Assembly (NCBI GenBank): GCA_034661035.1
Contig: JAYEKM010000008.1
Coordinates: 11,677 to 75,676, forward strand
Reading direction: 5' to 3'
DNA from: Patescibacteria group bacterium
GTDB lineage: Bacteria; Patescibacteriota; Minisyncoccia; Phycocordibacterales; UBA12079
DNA length: 64,000 bases
Shown: in pieces, positions 1 to 8,235 of the stretch
Layout of the letters: every line of letters begins with the position of its first letter
How positions within the stretch are numbered: position 1 is the stretch's first letter
Notes under the pieces: model-generated
Seen by the model: only the letters and a program-made list of their open reading frames with translations
Told to the model about the DNA's origin: nothing
Database searches by the model: none
Program-made: the position numbers and the translations under genes

Positions 1-1050
1 CCAGTTCATATAGATAACGAATCCCCTTTCTGTTTGGAGGAGAAAACTTCTACTTTAAAATCATATCTATCTGATAATTTTATAAAAAAAGATTACGGGG
101 TCTCAATGATTTACAATAATCAAAAATCATTAAAAAATAATTCAAAGAAAGAATCTCCAAATTTAAAAAACTTTAGTTTTGATATCGTCGGTATTAAAAA
201 CGGAATTGCTGAAGCAATAATAATCCAAACTGCTATTGTCGCTCTAAGGGAAGAGGGTTTTAAAGATGTCTCTATAGACATAAATAGTATTGGTGATAAA
301 GAGTCTTTTACCTTATTTAAGAATGAACTTTTTGATTATTATAAAAAGAGAGTCAGTGAACTGCATCCTAATTGTAGGAAGTTAAGCAAAAAAAATATAT
401 TTAATCTGTTAACCTGTGAACATGAGGAATGCCGATCACTGAAGGTCAACGCCCCCAAATCAATTTATTTTCTGTCAGAAAACAGCCAGAGGCATTTAAA
501 AGAAATCTTGGAACACTTAGAGTCATCTGGAATCACATATTGTATTAATGATTCGTTAATAAGTTCTGGTAATCACTTTTCAAAAGTAATTTTTGAGATA
601 AAAAGTAAAGATGATAAAAAAGATAAAGAAATCTTATTAGGAAAAGGAGGTCGCTATGACGAACTAGCCAGAAAGATAATTAAGAGAAAAGAGTTAACTG
701 CTGTAGGTGTATCCCTTAGAATAGAAAAAATCAAAGATAAACAAACCAAGCTTCCTTCTGAGAAAAAACCTAAATTTTACTTTATCCAATTTGGACCAAA
801 AGCAAAACTACAGAGCCTTTCTTTAATAGAATTACTTAGACAATCAGGATTAGTAATAAAACAAAACTTATATATGAATAAGTTCTCTGAACAAATAGAA
901 GTAGCTAAAAGATCAGATATACCTTACGCAATAATCCTAGGTCAAAAAGAAGCCTCTGATGACACTGTTATAGTAAAAGACTTAAGAAAAGCCTCTCAAG
1001 AGATCATACCTACATGTAGTCTCCTTCCTTATCTAAGGCAATTGAAATAA
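1..1050 (+). CDS. Histidyl-tRNA synthetase-like protein (5' end outside window; catalytic motifs degenerate)
   Basis: Frame open from base 1; INSIGD, GKGGRYD motif 3 region and C-terminal HGTP anticodon-binding domain (IPYAIILGQKEA...VIVKDL); motif 2 Arg residues and RGLDYY not recognisable. Confidence 0.75.
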   Translation, partial: PVHIDNESPFCLEEKTSTLKSYLSDNFIKKDYGVSMIYNNQKSLKNNSKKESPNLKNFSFDIVGIKNGIAEAIIIQTAIVALREEGFKDVSIDINSIGDKESFTLFKNELFDYYKKRVSELHPNCRKLSKKNIFNLLTCEHEECRSLKVNAPKSIYFLSENSQRHLKEILEHLESSGITYCINDSLISSGNHFSKVIFEIKSKDDKKDKEILLGKGGRYDELARKIIKRKELTAVGVSLRIEKIKDKQTKLPSEKKPKFYFIQFGPKAKLQSLSLIELLRQSGLVIKQNLYMNKFSEQIEVAKRSDIPYAIILGQKEASDDTVIVKDLRKASQEIIPTCSLLPYLRQLK

Positions 1051-1057
1051 ACATACA

Positions 1058-1086
1058 TTGCATTTTAGGCAAAGAAATGTTATTTT
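1058..1086 (+). promoter_or_regulatory. Sigma70-type promoter, probably leaderless start of rpsU
   Basis: TTGCAT(1058)-17 bp-TG.TATTTT(1081), ATG 6 nt downstream, no SD. Confidence 0.55.
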
Positions 1087-1092
1087 ATAGCC

Positions 1093-1329
1093 ATGATAAA
1101 TATAGAAGTAACTAAGAATAACAATGAGAACGACATGAGTATCATGCGTCGTTTTACTAAAAGAGTACGTAATGCAGGAATCCTTCCTAGAGTCCGTTCC
1201 ATTCGTTATAACAACAGAACTACATCAAAATATATAAAGAAGAAAGAAGCTCTAAAGAAAATTGAAAAGAGAGAGGAGATAAAAAAATTAATAAAATTGG
1301 GCAAAATGCCAGAAAACAGATTACGCTAA
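1093..1329 (+). CDS. rpsU: 30S ribosomal protein bS21-like
   Basis: Small basic protein, IEV.K..NE...S.MRRF.KRV..AGIL pattern of S21. Confidence 0.75.
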   Translation: MINIEVTKNNNENDMSIMRRFTKRVRNAGILPRVRSIRYNNRTTSKYIKKKEALKKIEKREEIKKLIKLGKMPENRLR

Positions 1330-1340
1330 CTAGAAATTAA

Positions 1341-1369
1341 ATAGGTGAGCTCTCAGCTCACCTATTTTT
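1341..1369 (+). terminator. Intrinsic terminator after rpsU
   Basis: ATAGGTGAGC/GCTCACCTAT stem followed by T run. Confidence 0.7.
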
Positions 1370-1388
1370 ATGTATAAAGTAATTTCCC

Positions 1389-1760
1389 ATGGACATAAAA
1401 AATAATACAAGAAAAAATAATCCTTCGGTTCAATTCGACAAGATAAAAGAATCTGTCCTAGGTAAAAAATATGAACTTAGTTTAGTTTTTATTGGTGACA
1501 AATTATCTCTAAAATTAAATAAGAAATATCGTAAGATTAATAAGCCAACAAACATTTTAACCTTTCCTCTTTCCAAAAATGAAGGTGAAATCTTTATAAA
1601 CCTAGGGTTATCAAAAAAACAATCCATCAAATTTGGCAGAAAATATGACGATTTTATAGGTTTTCTGTTTATCCACGGTTTACTCCATTTGAAAGGTTAC
1701 GAACATAGTAGTAAAATGGAGGTAGAGGAAAAAAAAATACGGAGAAGATTTAATCTCTAA
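1389..1760 (+). CDS. ybeY: rRNA maturation endoribonuclease YbeY
   Basis: LNKKYR..NKPTNILTF, GEIFI, HGLLHLKGYEH metal motif. Confidence 0.92.
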   Translation: MDIKNNTRKNNPSVQFDKIKESVLGKKYELSLVFIGDKLSLKLNKKYRKINKPTNILTFPLSKNEGEIFINLGLSKKQSIKFGRKYDDFIGFLFIHGLLHLKGYEHSSKMEVEEKKIRRRFNL

Positions 1761-1873
1761 TTTTTTATTCCTAAAAAGGATTCTATTAAAGACAAAAAAA
1801 TCTGTTTATCTTTTTTGTGTTTAATATTTTTATGAATTAAATTATTAACTTATCCTCTGTCTTTAAATTTATT

Positions 1874-3049
1874 GTGACAAGAAAAATAACCACAGGAATA
1901 GATATAGGAACTTACCAAATAAAAGTGGTTATTACTGAATTGGTAAAAGACAAAAATGGAAGAAGTTTCCCTCAAATTATTGGAAGAGGTTTATGCCGAT
2001 CAAGAGGTTTGAGAAATGGGTATATCATAAATAAAGGAGAAGTAACCGAAAGTATATTACAAGCGGTTAGCCAAGCAGAAGAAACAGCTAATGTAAGAAT
2101 TAAAAAAGCTATTATTTCCATAGGAGGAGAAGGGTTAGAAGGAATTCGGGCAAAAGGAACAACCGTCATAACAAGAGCTGACTCAGAAATCACACAACTT
2201 GATGTGGAAAATGCTATTAAAGAAAGCCAGGAAAACGCTCCCTTATTAAATAAAAAAATAATCCATATAGCCACCTATGGTTTTAGTATTGATAATAGAA
2301 AAGTTTTAGGTGACCCTGTTGGTATGAAAGGAGAAAAACTAAAAGTAGAATCCCTTTTTATCGTGTGTTTAGAACAACACTATAATAACCTCATCCAAAC
2401 AGTTGAGGATGCTCAGATAGAAGTTGAGGGAGATATTGTTGCTTCCCCTATTGCAGGTAGTTGTGTTACCTTAACCAAAACTCAAAAAATAGCTGGTTGT
2501 GTTTTAGCTGACATTGGAGCTGAAACAATATCTATCGTGGTATTTGAGAACAACCTTCCTATTTCACTAGAGACTTTCCCAATGGGGTCAACAAACATAA
2601 CCCACGATATAGCCCTTGGACTCAGAATCGATTTAAGTGAAGCTGAAAAGATAAAGCATGGAGTAATGACATCAACCATTTACTCACAAAGAGAACTAGA
2701 CGAAATCATAACAGCACGTCTTGAAGATATTTTTGTTCTAATAGAAAATCATTTAAAAAAAATAAATAGAAACGGTTTACTGCCAGCAGGTATTATAATT
2801 TCAGGAGGAGGCTCTGGAATGACAACTATAAACGAATTAGCAAAAGCTTCTCTTAATCTTCCTTCAAAGATTGCTAATCTATATTTTTTGAGTTCAAATC
2901 GTGACAGAATTCAAGACTCAACATGGGCAGTCGCCTGCGGACTCTGTTTGGCTGGTTCAACTATGGAAGAAGATTCCTTTTCTGTACCAAAATTAGCAAA
3001 AAACATAAAAGATCGAGGTAAAAAATGGATTAAACAATTCTTTGTATAG
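1874..3049 (+). CDS. ftsA: Cell division protein FtsA
   Basis: GIDIGT, GLRNGYI, DIGAETI, GIIISGGGS; upstream of ftsZ. Confidence 0.95.
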   Translation: MTRKITTGIDIGTYQIKVVITELVKDKNGRSFPQIIGRGLCRSRGLRNGYIINKGEVTESILQAVSQAEETANVRIKKAIISIGGEGLEGIRAKGTTVITRADSEITQLDVENAIKESQENAPLLNKKIIHIATYGFSIDNRKVLGDPVGMKGEKLKVESLFIVCLEQHYNNLIQTVEDAQIEVEGDIVASPIAGSCVTLTKTQKIAGCVLADIGAETISIVVFENNLPISLETFPMGSTNITHDIALGLRIDLSEAEKIKHGVMTSTIYSQRELDEIITARLEDIFVLIENHLKKINRNGLLPAGIIISGGGSGMTTINELAKASLNLPSKIANLYFLSSNRDRIQDSTWAVACGLCLAGSTMEEDSFSVPKLAKNIKDRGKKWIKQFFV

Positions 3050-3141
3050 TTCCAGTTTTTCTGATAATATTATAATATATTATAAATATAGGGTTTGATT
3101 TAAAGGTCAAAGATTAAATTATCAACAATAAAAGAAACAAT

Positions 3142-4344
3142 ATGCCAAAAATAAATACAGCTGTTGAAGCATTCGCTAGGATAAAGATCATCGGAGTTGG
3201 TGGCGCAGGAAAAAATGCTACAAACTATATGATTAAATCAAAAGTTCAAGGAGTTGAATTTGTTGTAATCAATACAGATGCTCAAGATTTACACCATTCC
3301 TTGGCAAAAAAGAAAATCCATATTGGCAAAAACCTTACCAGTGGTTTAGGAGCTGGTATGGACCCTGACTTGGGGAAAAGAGCTGCTGAAGAAACAGCTG
3401 AAGAAATTCAAGATATTCTAAAAGGTTCAAATATGGTTTTCCTTACTGCTGGATTTGGAGGAGGAACAGGAACGGGAGCTACTCCTATCGTTGCCAAAAT
3501 TGCCAAAGATTTAGGTATATTAACAGTAGCCGTTGTAACAAAACCATTTTCTTTTGAAGGAGCTAGGAGAACTGAGATTGCAAAACAAGGACTTGAAAAG
3601 CTAAAACAAGAGGTTGATGCTCTTATTATGATACCAAATGACCGTATCTTAAATGTTGCCCCAGAAGGAACCACTATGGAAGATGCTTTTGCAATGAGTG
3701 ATAGAATTTTAAAAGAAGCGGTTGAGGGTATTTCTGATCTAATTACCGTACCAGGTAGAATTAATGTTGACTTCGCTGATATCTTAGCTGTCATGAGTAA
3801 CGCCGGTTCAGCTCTTATGGGAATTGGAAAAGCTACTGGTGAAAAACGTGCCGAGGAAGCAGCAAGAGCTGCTATTAACTCACCTCTTCTTGATATTTCT
3901 ATTGATGGAGCTAAAGGTGTCTTACTATCAGTAGCAGGTGGTGATGACCTAACTATTAACGAAATCCAAGACGCTGCTAAGATTGTAACTGAATCAATTG
4001 ATACAGATGCAAAAGTTATCTTTGGAACCTCAAGGACTGATAAACTAAAGAAAGATGAAATTAAAGTAACTGTAATAGCAACGGGTTTTAAAGACCCTAC
4101 GGGAAATGGAAATAGACTTTTCCAAAGAAACATAAAGGATGAGAAGGATGAAGAGGTAAAAAAAGAAAGTAAAGGCGGTATCTTTGGGGGTTCATCAAAC
4201 AAAAAAGAGAAAGAGGAAGTAAAGGAAGTAAAGAAAGAGAAAAAGGAGGAACCTAAACCAAAACCTAATGTTATAATCCCTGAGGATGATGAAGATGATA
4301 CTTGGGATTCTATCCCCTCCTTTTTAAAGAGAACTAAAAAATAA
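3142..4344 (+). CDS. ftsZ: Cell division protein FtsZ
   Basis: GVGGAG, GGGTGTG tubulin signature, INVDFAD, C-terminal IPSFLKR. Confidence 0.98.
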   Translation: MPKINTAVEAFARIKIIGVGGAGKNATNYMIKSKVQGVEFVVINTDAQDLHHSLAKKKIHIGKNLTSGLGAGMDPDLGKRAAEETAEEIQDILKGSNMVFLTAGFGGGTGTGATPIVAKIAKDLGILTVAVVTKPFSFEGARRTEIAKQGLEKLKQEVDALIMIPNDRILNVAPEGTTMEDAFAMSDRILKEAVEGISDLITVPGRINVDFADILAVMSNAGSALMGIGKATGEKRAEEAARAAINSPLLDISIDGAKGVLLSVAGGDDLTINEIQDAAKIVTESIDTDAKVIFGTSRTDKLKKDEIKVTVIATGFKDPTGNGNRLFQRNIKDEKDEEVKKESKGGIFGGSSNKKEKEEVKEVKKEKKEEPKPKPNVIIPEDDEDDTWDSIPSFLKRTKK

Positions 4345-4348
4345 ACCT

Positions 4349-5263
4349 ATGTACGATTTAGCTATCATCGGAGGTGGGCCAGCTGGAGTAGCTGCTGGTG
4401 TTTATGCTTCTAGAAAAAAAATTAAAACAGTCCTATTTGCGGAAAGTTTTGGCGGACAGAGTGTCGGCTCGTCAAAAATAGAAAACTGGATAGGAACCGT
4501 GGCTATCTCTGGCCCAGAATTAGCCAAGAATCTTGAAGATCATCTAAGAGCTTATTCTGCTGATATTGTTGATATAAAAAAAGAAGTGGTAGAAAAAATC
4601 GAGCAACAATCACCAGACTTGTTTAAAATCAAAACAAACCAACAAGAATATTCCGTTAAGGCTATCCTGATAGCAACTGGTAGTTCTAGAAAGAAATTAA
4701 CCTGTTTGGGAGCTGAAAAGTTTGAGGGAAAAGGATTAGTTTACTGTGCAACTTGTGACGGACCTCTTTTTACAGGAAAAGATGTCGTTATCATCGGAGG
4801 AGGTAATTCTGCTTTTGAATCAGCTTCTCAACTTCTAGCCTATGCTAAAAGTGTTACCCTACTCAATCGATCAGAAAAATTTAAAGCTGATGAAGTGACA
4901 ATCCAAAAAATGTCTACAATTGAAAATCTTAATTTAGTTATTAACTCTCAAATTAAAGAAATAAAAGGAGATAATTTTATTAAATCAATTATCTATGAAA
5001 ACACGAAAACTAACGAGGAAAAAGAAATACCTGTAGAAGGTGTTTTTGTTGAAGTTGGTTCATCTCCAACAACAGAATTTATTGATTTTATTGATAAAAA
5101 TGAGCATGAAGCCATAATAGTAGATCCAATGACACAAACAACCTCTGTAGAAGGAATTTGGGCTGCTGGAGACTGTACTCACGGACTATATCACCAGAAC
5201 TGTATCGCTGTTGGCGACGGAATCAAAGCCTTAGAAAATATCTATTCTTGGCTACAAAAATAA
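4349..5263 (+). CDS. trxB: Thioredoxin reductase (TrxB/AhpF-like)
   Basis: GGGPAG, CATCDG redox motif, GGGNSA, AAGDC. Confidence 0.85.
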   Translation: MYDLAIIGGGPAGVAAGVYASRKKIKTVLFAESFGGQSVGSSKIENWIGTVAISGPELAKNLEDHLRAYSADIVDIKKEVVEKIEQQSPDLFKIKTNQQEYSVKAILIATGSSRKKLTCLGAEKFEGKGLVYCATCDGPLFTGKDVVIIGGGNSAFESASQLLAYAKSVTLLNRSEKFKADEVTIQKMSTIENLNLVINSQIKEIKGDNFIKSIIYENTKTNEEKEIPVEGVFVEVGSSPTTEFIDFIDKNEHEAIIVDPMTQTTSVEGIWAAGDCTHGLYHQNCIAVGDGIKALENIYSWLQK

Positions 5264-5291
5264 AAACTGCTTAATAAGCAGTTTTTATTTT
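5257..5291. terminator. Bidirectional intrinsic terminator
   Basis: AAAATAAAAACTGCTTA/TAAGCAGTTTTTATTTT palindrome between convergent genes. Confidence 0.7.
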
Positions 5292-5305
5292 AATATTTTT
5301 TATAA

Positions 5306-6001
5306 TTAAGTTTCCTTAGGCTCCTCTTTTTCTAATCTTTTATCTTCTTTTGTAACTATAGTTTCAATTACTTTTTTCTTTGTATGAAAATTCATTAGAG
5401 AAAATGTAACCATTCCAGCAAAGATTATACCGACAATGTTTAAACCAAATAAAATCAAAGCATTCGTCATCATTGTCCAACTCATTTCAGCCAAACCGAT
5501 GCCAATCAGAGCAATTGGAGGAATTAAAGCTACAGCAATAGCCACACCAGGTAAAGTCTCATTTAGTTTAGGTTTAATAAGAGCAAAGGTTGCCGCAAAT
5601 CCAGCTACTACTGACACAGCCACGTATAGGAGAGAAGGGTTTGAACTTACAACTAAATTCTCTGGTATTTTGCCAGCTCCAAAAATAAGAGTAGCTACAG
5701 CTGATACTCCTACACCGACAGTTAGCGATTTAACTATAGTTTGAATAGACCTTCTTATTAATTTTGAATCAGCAATAGTAATACCCAAAGATAAACTCAG
5801 TATAGGAGAAAGTAATGGAGCAATTAACATACTTCCAATTACAATAGCAACATTTCCTAATAAAACACCAAAAACAGCAGTTAAAACAGACAATGCCATC
5901 ATGAGAAAAAAGTCCTGACTGGGAGTACTTTGAGTTATTAATTTCTCAACAGCGTCAGCCTTATCCCTCTCTTCCAAACCATTAAATATAAATAATCTCA
6001 T
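5306..6001 (-). CDS. TIGR00341/DUF389-family membrane protein
   Basis: IVIGSMLIAPLLSPI and LPGVAIAVALIPP motifs, multiple TM helices. Confidence 0.85.
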   Translation of the reverse strand: MRLFIFNGLEERDKADAVEKLITQSTPSQDFFLMMALSVLTAVFGVLLGNVAIVIGSMLIAPLLSPILSLSLGITIADSKLIRRSIQTIVKSLTVGVGVSAVATLIFGAGKIPENLVVSSNPSLLYVAVSVVAGFAATFALIKPKLNETLPGVAIAVALIPPIALIGIGLAEMSWTMMTNALILFGLNIVGIIFAGMVTFSLMNFHTKKKVIETIVTKEDKRLEKEEPKET

Positions 6002-6180
6002 ATAAACAACATTATAACTTATCTTAAGAACTGCGCAAATTTTTTACTCGGAATACAAGATTAGGTCACTCTCATGGATATTTATTTCCCCACCCAATGT
6101 GGGTCATAAATATCTCATTCCCTTGACCTCCACTCGGCTGTTCCGACTTCGCTTTGCTTCGTCGGGCTTCGCACAGCCTT

Positions 6181-6321
<141 letters not shown>

Positions 6322-6371
6322 AAATATTTTTTACTCAATACTGTGTATATAATTTTTAACTCATCATAAGT

Positions 6372-6431
6372 TCTACCAATCCCGACGATTCTGTCGGGAC
6401 CCCGACGCCGTCGAGGCTGAGCTAACCGTCC
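6372..6431 (-). pseudogene. tRNA 5' fragment interrupted by two GC-rich palindromes
   Basis: GGACGGTTAGCTCAG-[37 bp]-TTGGTAGA matches the 5' end of the adjacent tRNA-Val with an insert in the D-loop. Confidence 0.7.
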
Positions 6432-6474
6432 CCTTATTTTTTAATTATATACTATTTGAGAGTTTAGTTACAAA

Positions 6475-6549
6475 TGGTGACCCTACCGGGAATCGAACCC
6501 GGATTACCAGCTTGAAAAGCTGATGTCCTAACCATTAGACGATAGGGCC
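6475..6549 (-). tRNA. tRNA-Glu(TTC)
   Basis: GGCCCTATCGTCTAATGGTTAGGACATCAGCTT-TTC-AAGCTGGTAATCCGGGTTCGATTCCCGGTAGGGTCACCA, CCA encoded. Confidence 0.95.
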
Positions 6550-6615
6550 TTATAATTAGGAATATTATACTAATTTTTGTCAAAAAAGCAAAAAAATGTT
6601 AGATTATCCTTAGTA

Positions 6616-6699
6616 TATTGGAGGTGTGGCTGAGTGGACGAAAAGCAAACTGCTTTGCTTTTCATCTGAACAAAGTGAAGTGGCAAACACTCAGCCACA
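6616..6699 (+). repeat. Direct and inverted partial copies of the tRNA-Ser 5' end
   Basis: TATTGGAGGTGTGGCTGAGTGG at 6616-6637 identical to 6742-6763; CACTCAGCCACA at 6688-6699 is complementary to both. Confidence 0.85.
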
Positions 6700-6745
6700 T
6701 ATTTCTGAAACATTTTTTGTTTTGGACGACAATACAAAGTTTATT

Positions 6746-6832
6746 GGAGGTGTGGCTGAGTGGTTGAAGGCACCGCTTTCGAAAAGCGGCATGCGGGAAA
6801 CCGTATCAGGGGTTCGAATCCTCTCGCCTCCG
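6746..6832 (+). tRNA. tRNA-Ser(CGA)
   Basis: GGAGGTG acceptor, CCGCT-TTCGAAA-AGCGG anticodon arm, long variable arm, GGTTCGAATCC T arm. Confidence 0.95.
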
Positions 6833-6906
6833 CACAAAAAAAGAGTCTAAATTATAATATTCAACTAGCTTGACAAGTACAAGTTAGTACTGTTAAATAT
6901 AGTTAT

Positions 6907-7047
6907 ATGCAATATTTGCACCAAAAGCTGAATAAAAACATCACAGCAAACACAGCTTTGCTTGGTTTTCCTATGTCTGTCCACACAAAGAAAACCAATA
7001 AATTTTTATTCAGCCGCGGTAATTCTATCTCTCCACCTAGATTTTAA
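6907..7047 (+). CDS. Putative 46-aa leader peptide (MQYLHQKL...RGNSISPPRF)
   Basis: Open frame read by hand, downstream of TTGACA (6871) promoter and directly before a terminator preceding the GNAT gene. Confidence 0.5.
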   Translation: MQYLHQKLNKNITANTALLGFPMSVHTKKTNKFLFSRGNSISPPRF

Positions 7048-7067
7048 ACAAGAAAACTAGAACCTAG

Positions 7068-7101
7068 AAATCCCTCTGCTGAATAAAAGCAGAGGGTTTT
7101 T
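7068..7101 (+). terminator. Attenuator-type terminator upstream of GNAT gene
   Basis: CCCTCTGCT/AGCAGAGGG stem + TTTTT located 5' of the coding sequence. Confidence 0.75.
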
Positions 7102-7146
7102 ATTTAGCAAAAATTATTGTTCTTTAAAAAAGAAAGGAGAAAAATC

Positions 7147-7740
7147 ATGTCCGAACAAAAAAGCCAACCTATCGTTTTCCTAAAAAGTAATCGTGTCATT
7201 CTTCGCCCAGTATTAAAAGAGGATATTCCCTCTCTAACAAAGTGGGTCAATGACCCTGAAATTTTACCTTTCCTTGGCAGGTATCTGCCTGTCATGGAAG
7301 CAGACGAGGAAGAGTGGTTCAATAACCTCCACAAAAGAAAGCCTAACCATATTGTTCTCGCAATTATTGCTGACGAAAAAATAATTGGTACAATGGGTCT
7401 TCACAGGATCAGTATGAAGGATCGAGTAGCTACAACAGGAGCTCTTATTGGAGAAAAAGATTATTGGGGAAAAGGTTATGGAAGCGAGGCAAAAATGATT
7501 TTGTTAGACTATGCCTTTAACACCCTCAACCTACGCAAAATATGTTCTTTTGTTATAGCCTTCAACGAACGAAGTTATAAATATAGCCTAAAATGTGGTT
7601 ATAAGGAAGAAGGTAGACAAAGAAAACATATTTACAGATTCGGAAAATATTGGGACCAAATTTTTCTTGCTGTCTTTAAAGAGGACTGGTTACCTCTTTG
7701 GAAAGAATTTTCCAAAGAACACAATATCACCAACCTCTAA
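7147..7740 (+). CDS. RimJ/RimL-type GNAT N-acetyltransferase
   Basis: VILRPV..ED, YWGKGYGSEA, FNTLNLRKI, GYKEEG; AAGGAG SD before ATG 7147. Confidence 0.9.
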   Translation: MSEQKSQPIVFLKSNRVILRPVLKEDIPSLTKWVNDPEILPFLGRYLPVMEADEEEWFNNLHKRKPNHIVLAIIADEKIIGTMGLHRISMKDRVATTGALIGEKDYWGKGYGSEAKMILLDYAFNTLNLRKICSFVIAFNERSYKYSLKCGYKEEGRQRKHIYRFGKYWDQIFLAVFKEDWLPLWKEFSKEHNITNL

Positions 7741-7746
7741 AAACAG

Positions 7747-7782
7747 AATGGGTTTTTGCTGTAAAGCAAAAACCCATTTTTT
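7747..7782 (+). terminator. Intrinsic terminator after GNAT gene
   Basis: AATGGGTTTTTGC/GCAAAAACCCATT stem + T run. Confidence 0.7.
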
Positions 7783-7824
7783 ATTCACATAGATATCTCT
7801 TATTTTTTATGATAAATTAAACTA

Positions 7825-8235
7825 ATGAAAATATTTATAATTTCTAGCAAGAATTTTTACGAAAAAATTCCTGAAATAAAAGAACAGTTGGAAAAAAATG
7901 GAAATATTATTTCTTTACCTAATTGTTTTGATGCCCCTGAAACTGAAGCCAAATATAGGGATTTAGGAAAAAAAGAACACTCTAAGTGGAAATCTGAGAT
8001 GATTTGTCATAGTGTAGATGTAATCAAGGATAATAATGCCGTCTTAGTCTTAAATTTAGAAAAAAATGGTATTAAAAATTACATCGGAGGAGCTACATTT
8101 CTCGAAATGTATGATGCTTTCCGCCTTGGTAAAAAAATATTTCTATATAATCCTGTCCCCGAAGGGATGCTATATGATGAGATAATTGGTTTTAATCCAA
8201 TTGTTATAAACCAAGATTTAAATTTAATTAAATGA
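7825..8235 (+). CDS. Hypothetical protein, possible nucleoside deoxyribosyltransferase/TIR-like fold
   Basis: AVLVLN..KNGIKNYIGGATFLEM..AF.LGKKIFL pattern resembles the NDT-like G..E motif. Confidence 0.5.
   Translation: MKIFIISSKNFYEKIPEIKEQLEKNGNIISLPNCFDAPETEAKYRDLGKKEHSKWKSEMICHSVDVIKDNNAVLVLNLEKNGIKNYIGGATFLEMYDAFRLGKKIFLYNPVPEGMLYDEIIGFNPIVINQDLNLIK

Noticed and set aside
3408-4202. Long antisense ORFs (e.g. opposite ftsZ, RND, wzt, aminotransferase genes)
   Set aside because: Shadow frames of well-supported genes with no motifs or start signals
6626-6850. 74-aa ORF in the ORF track
   Set aside because: Overlaps tRNA-Ser and its duplicated leader; no protein signature
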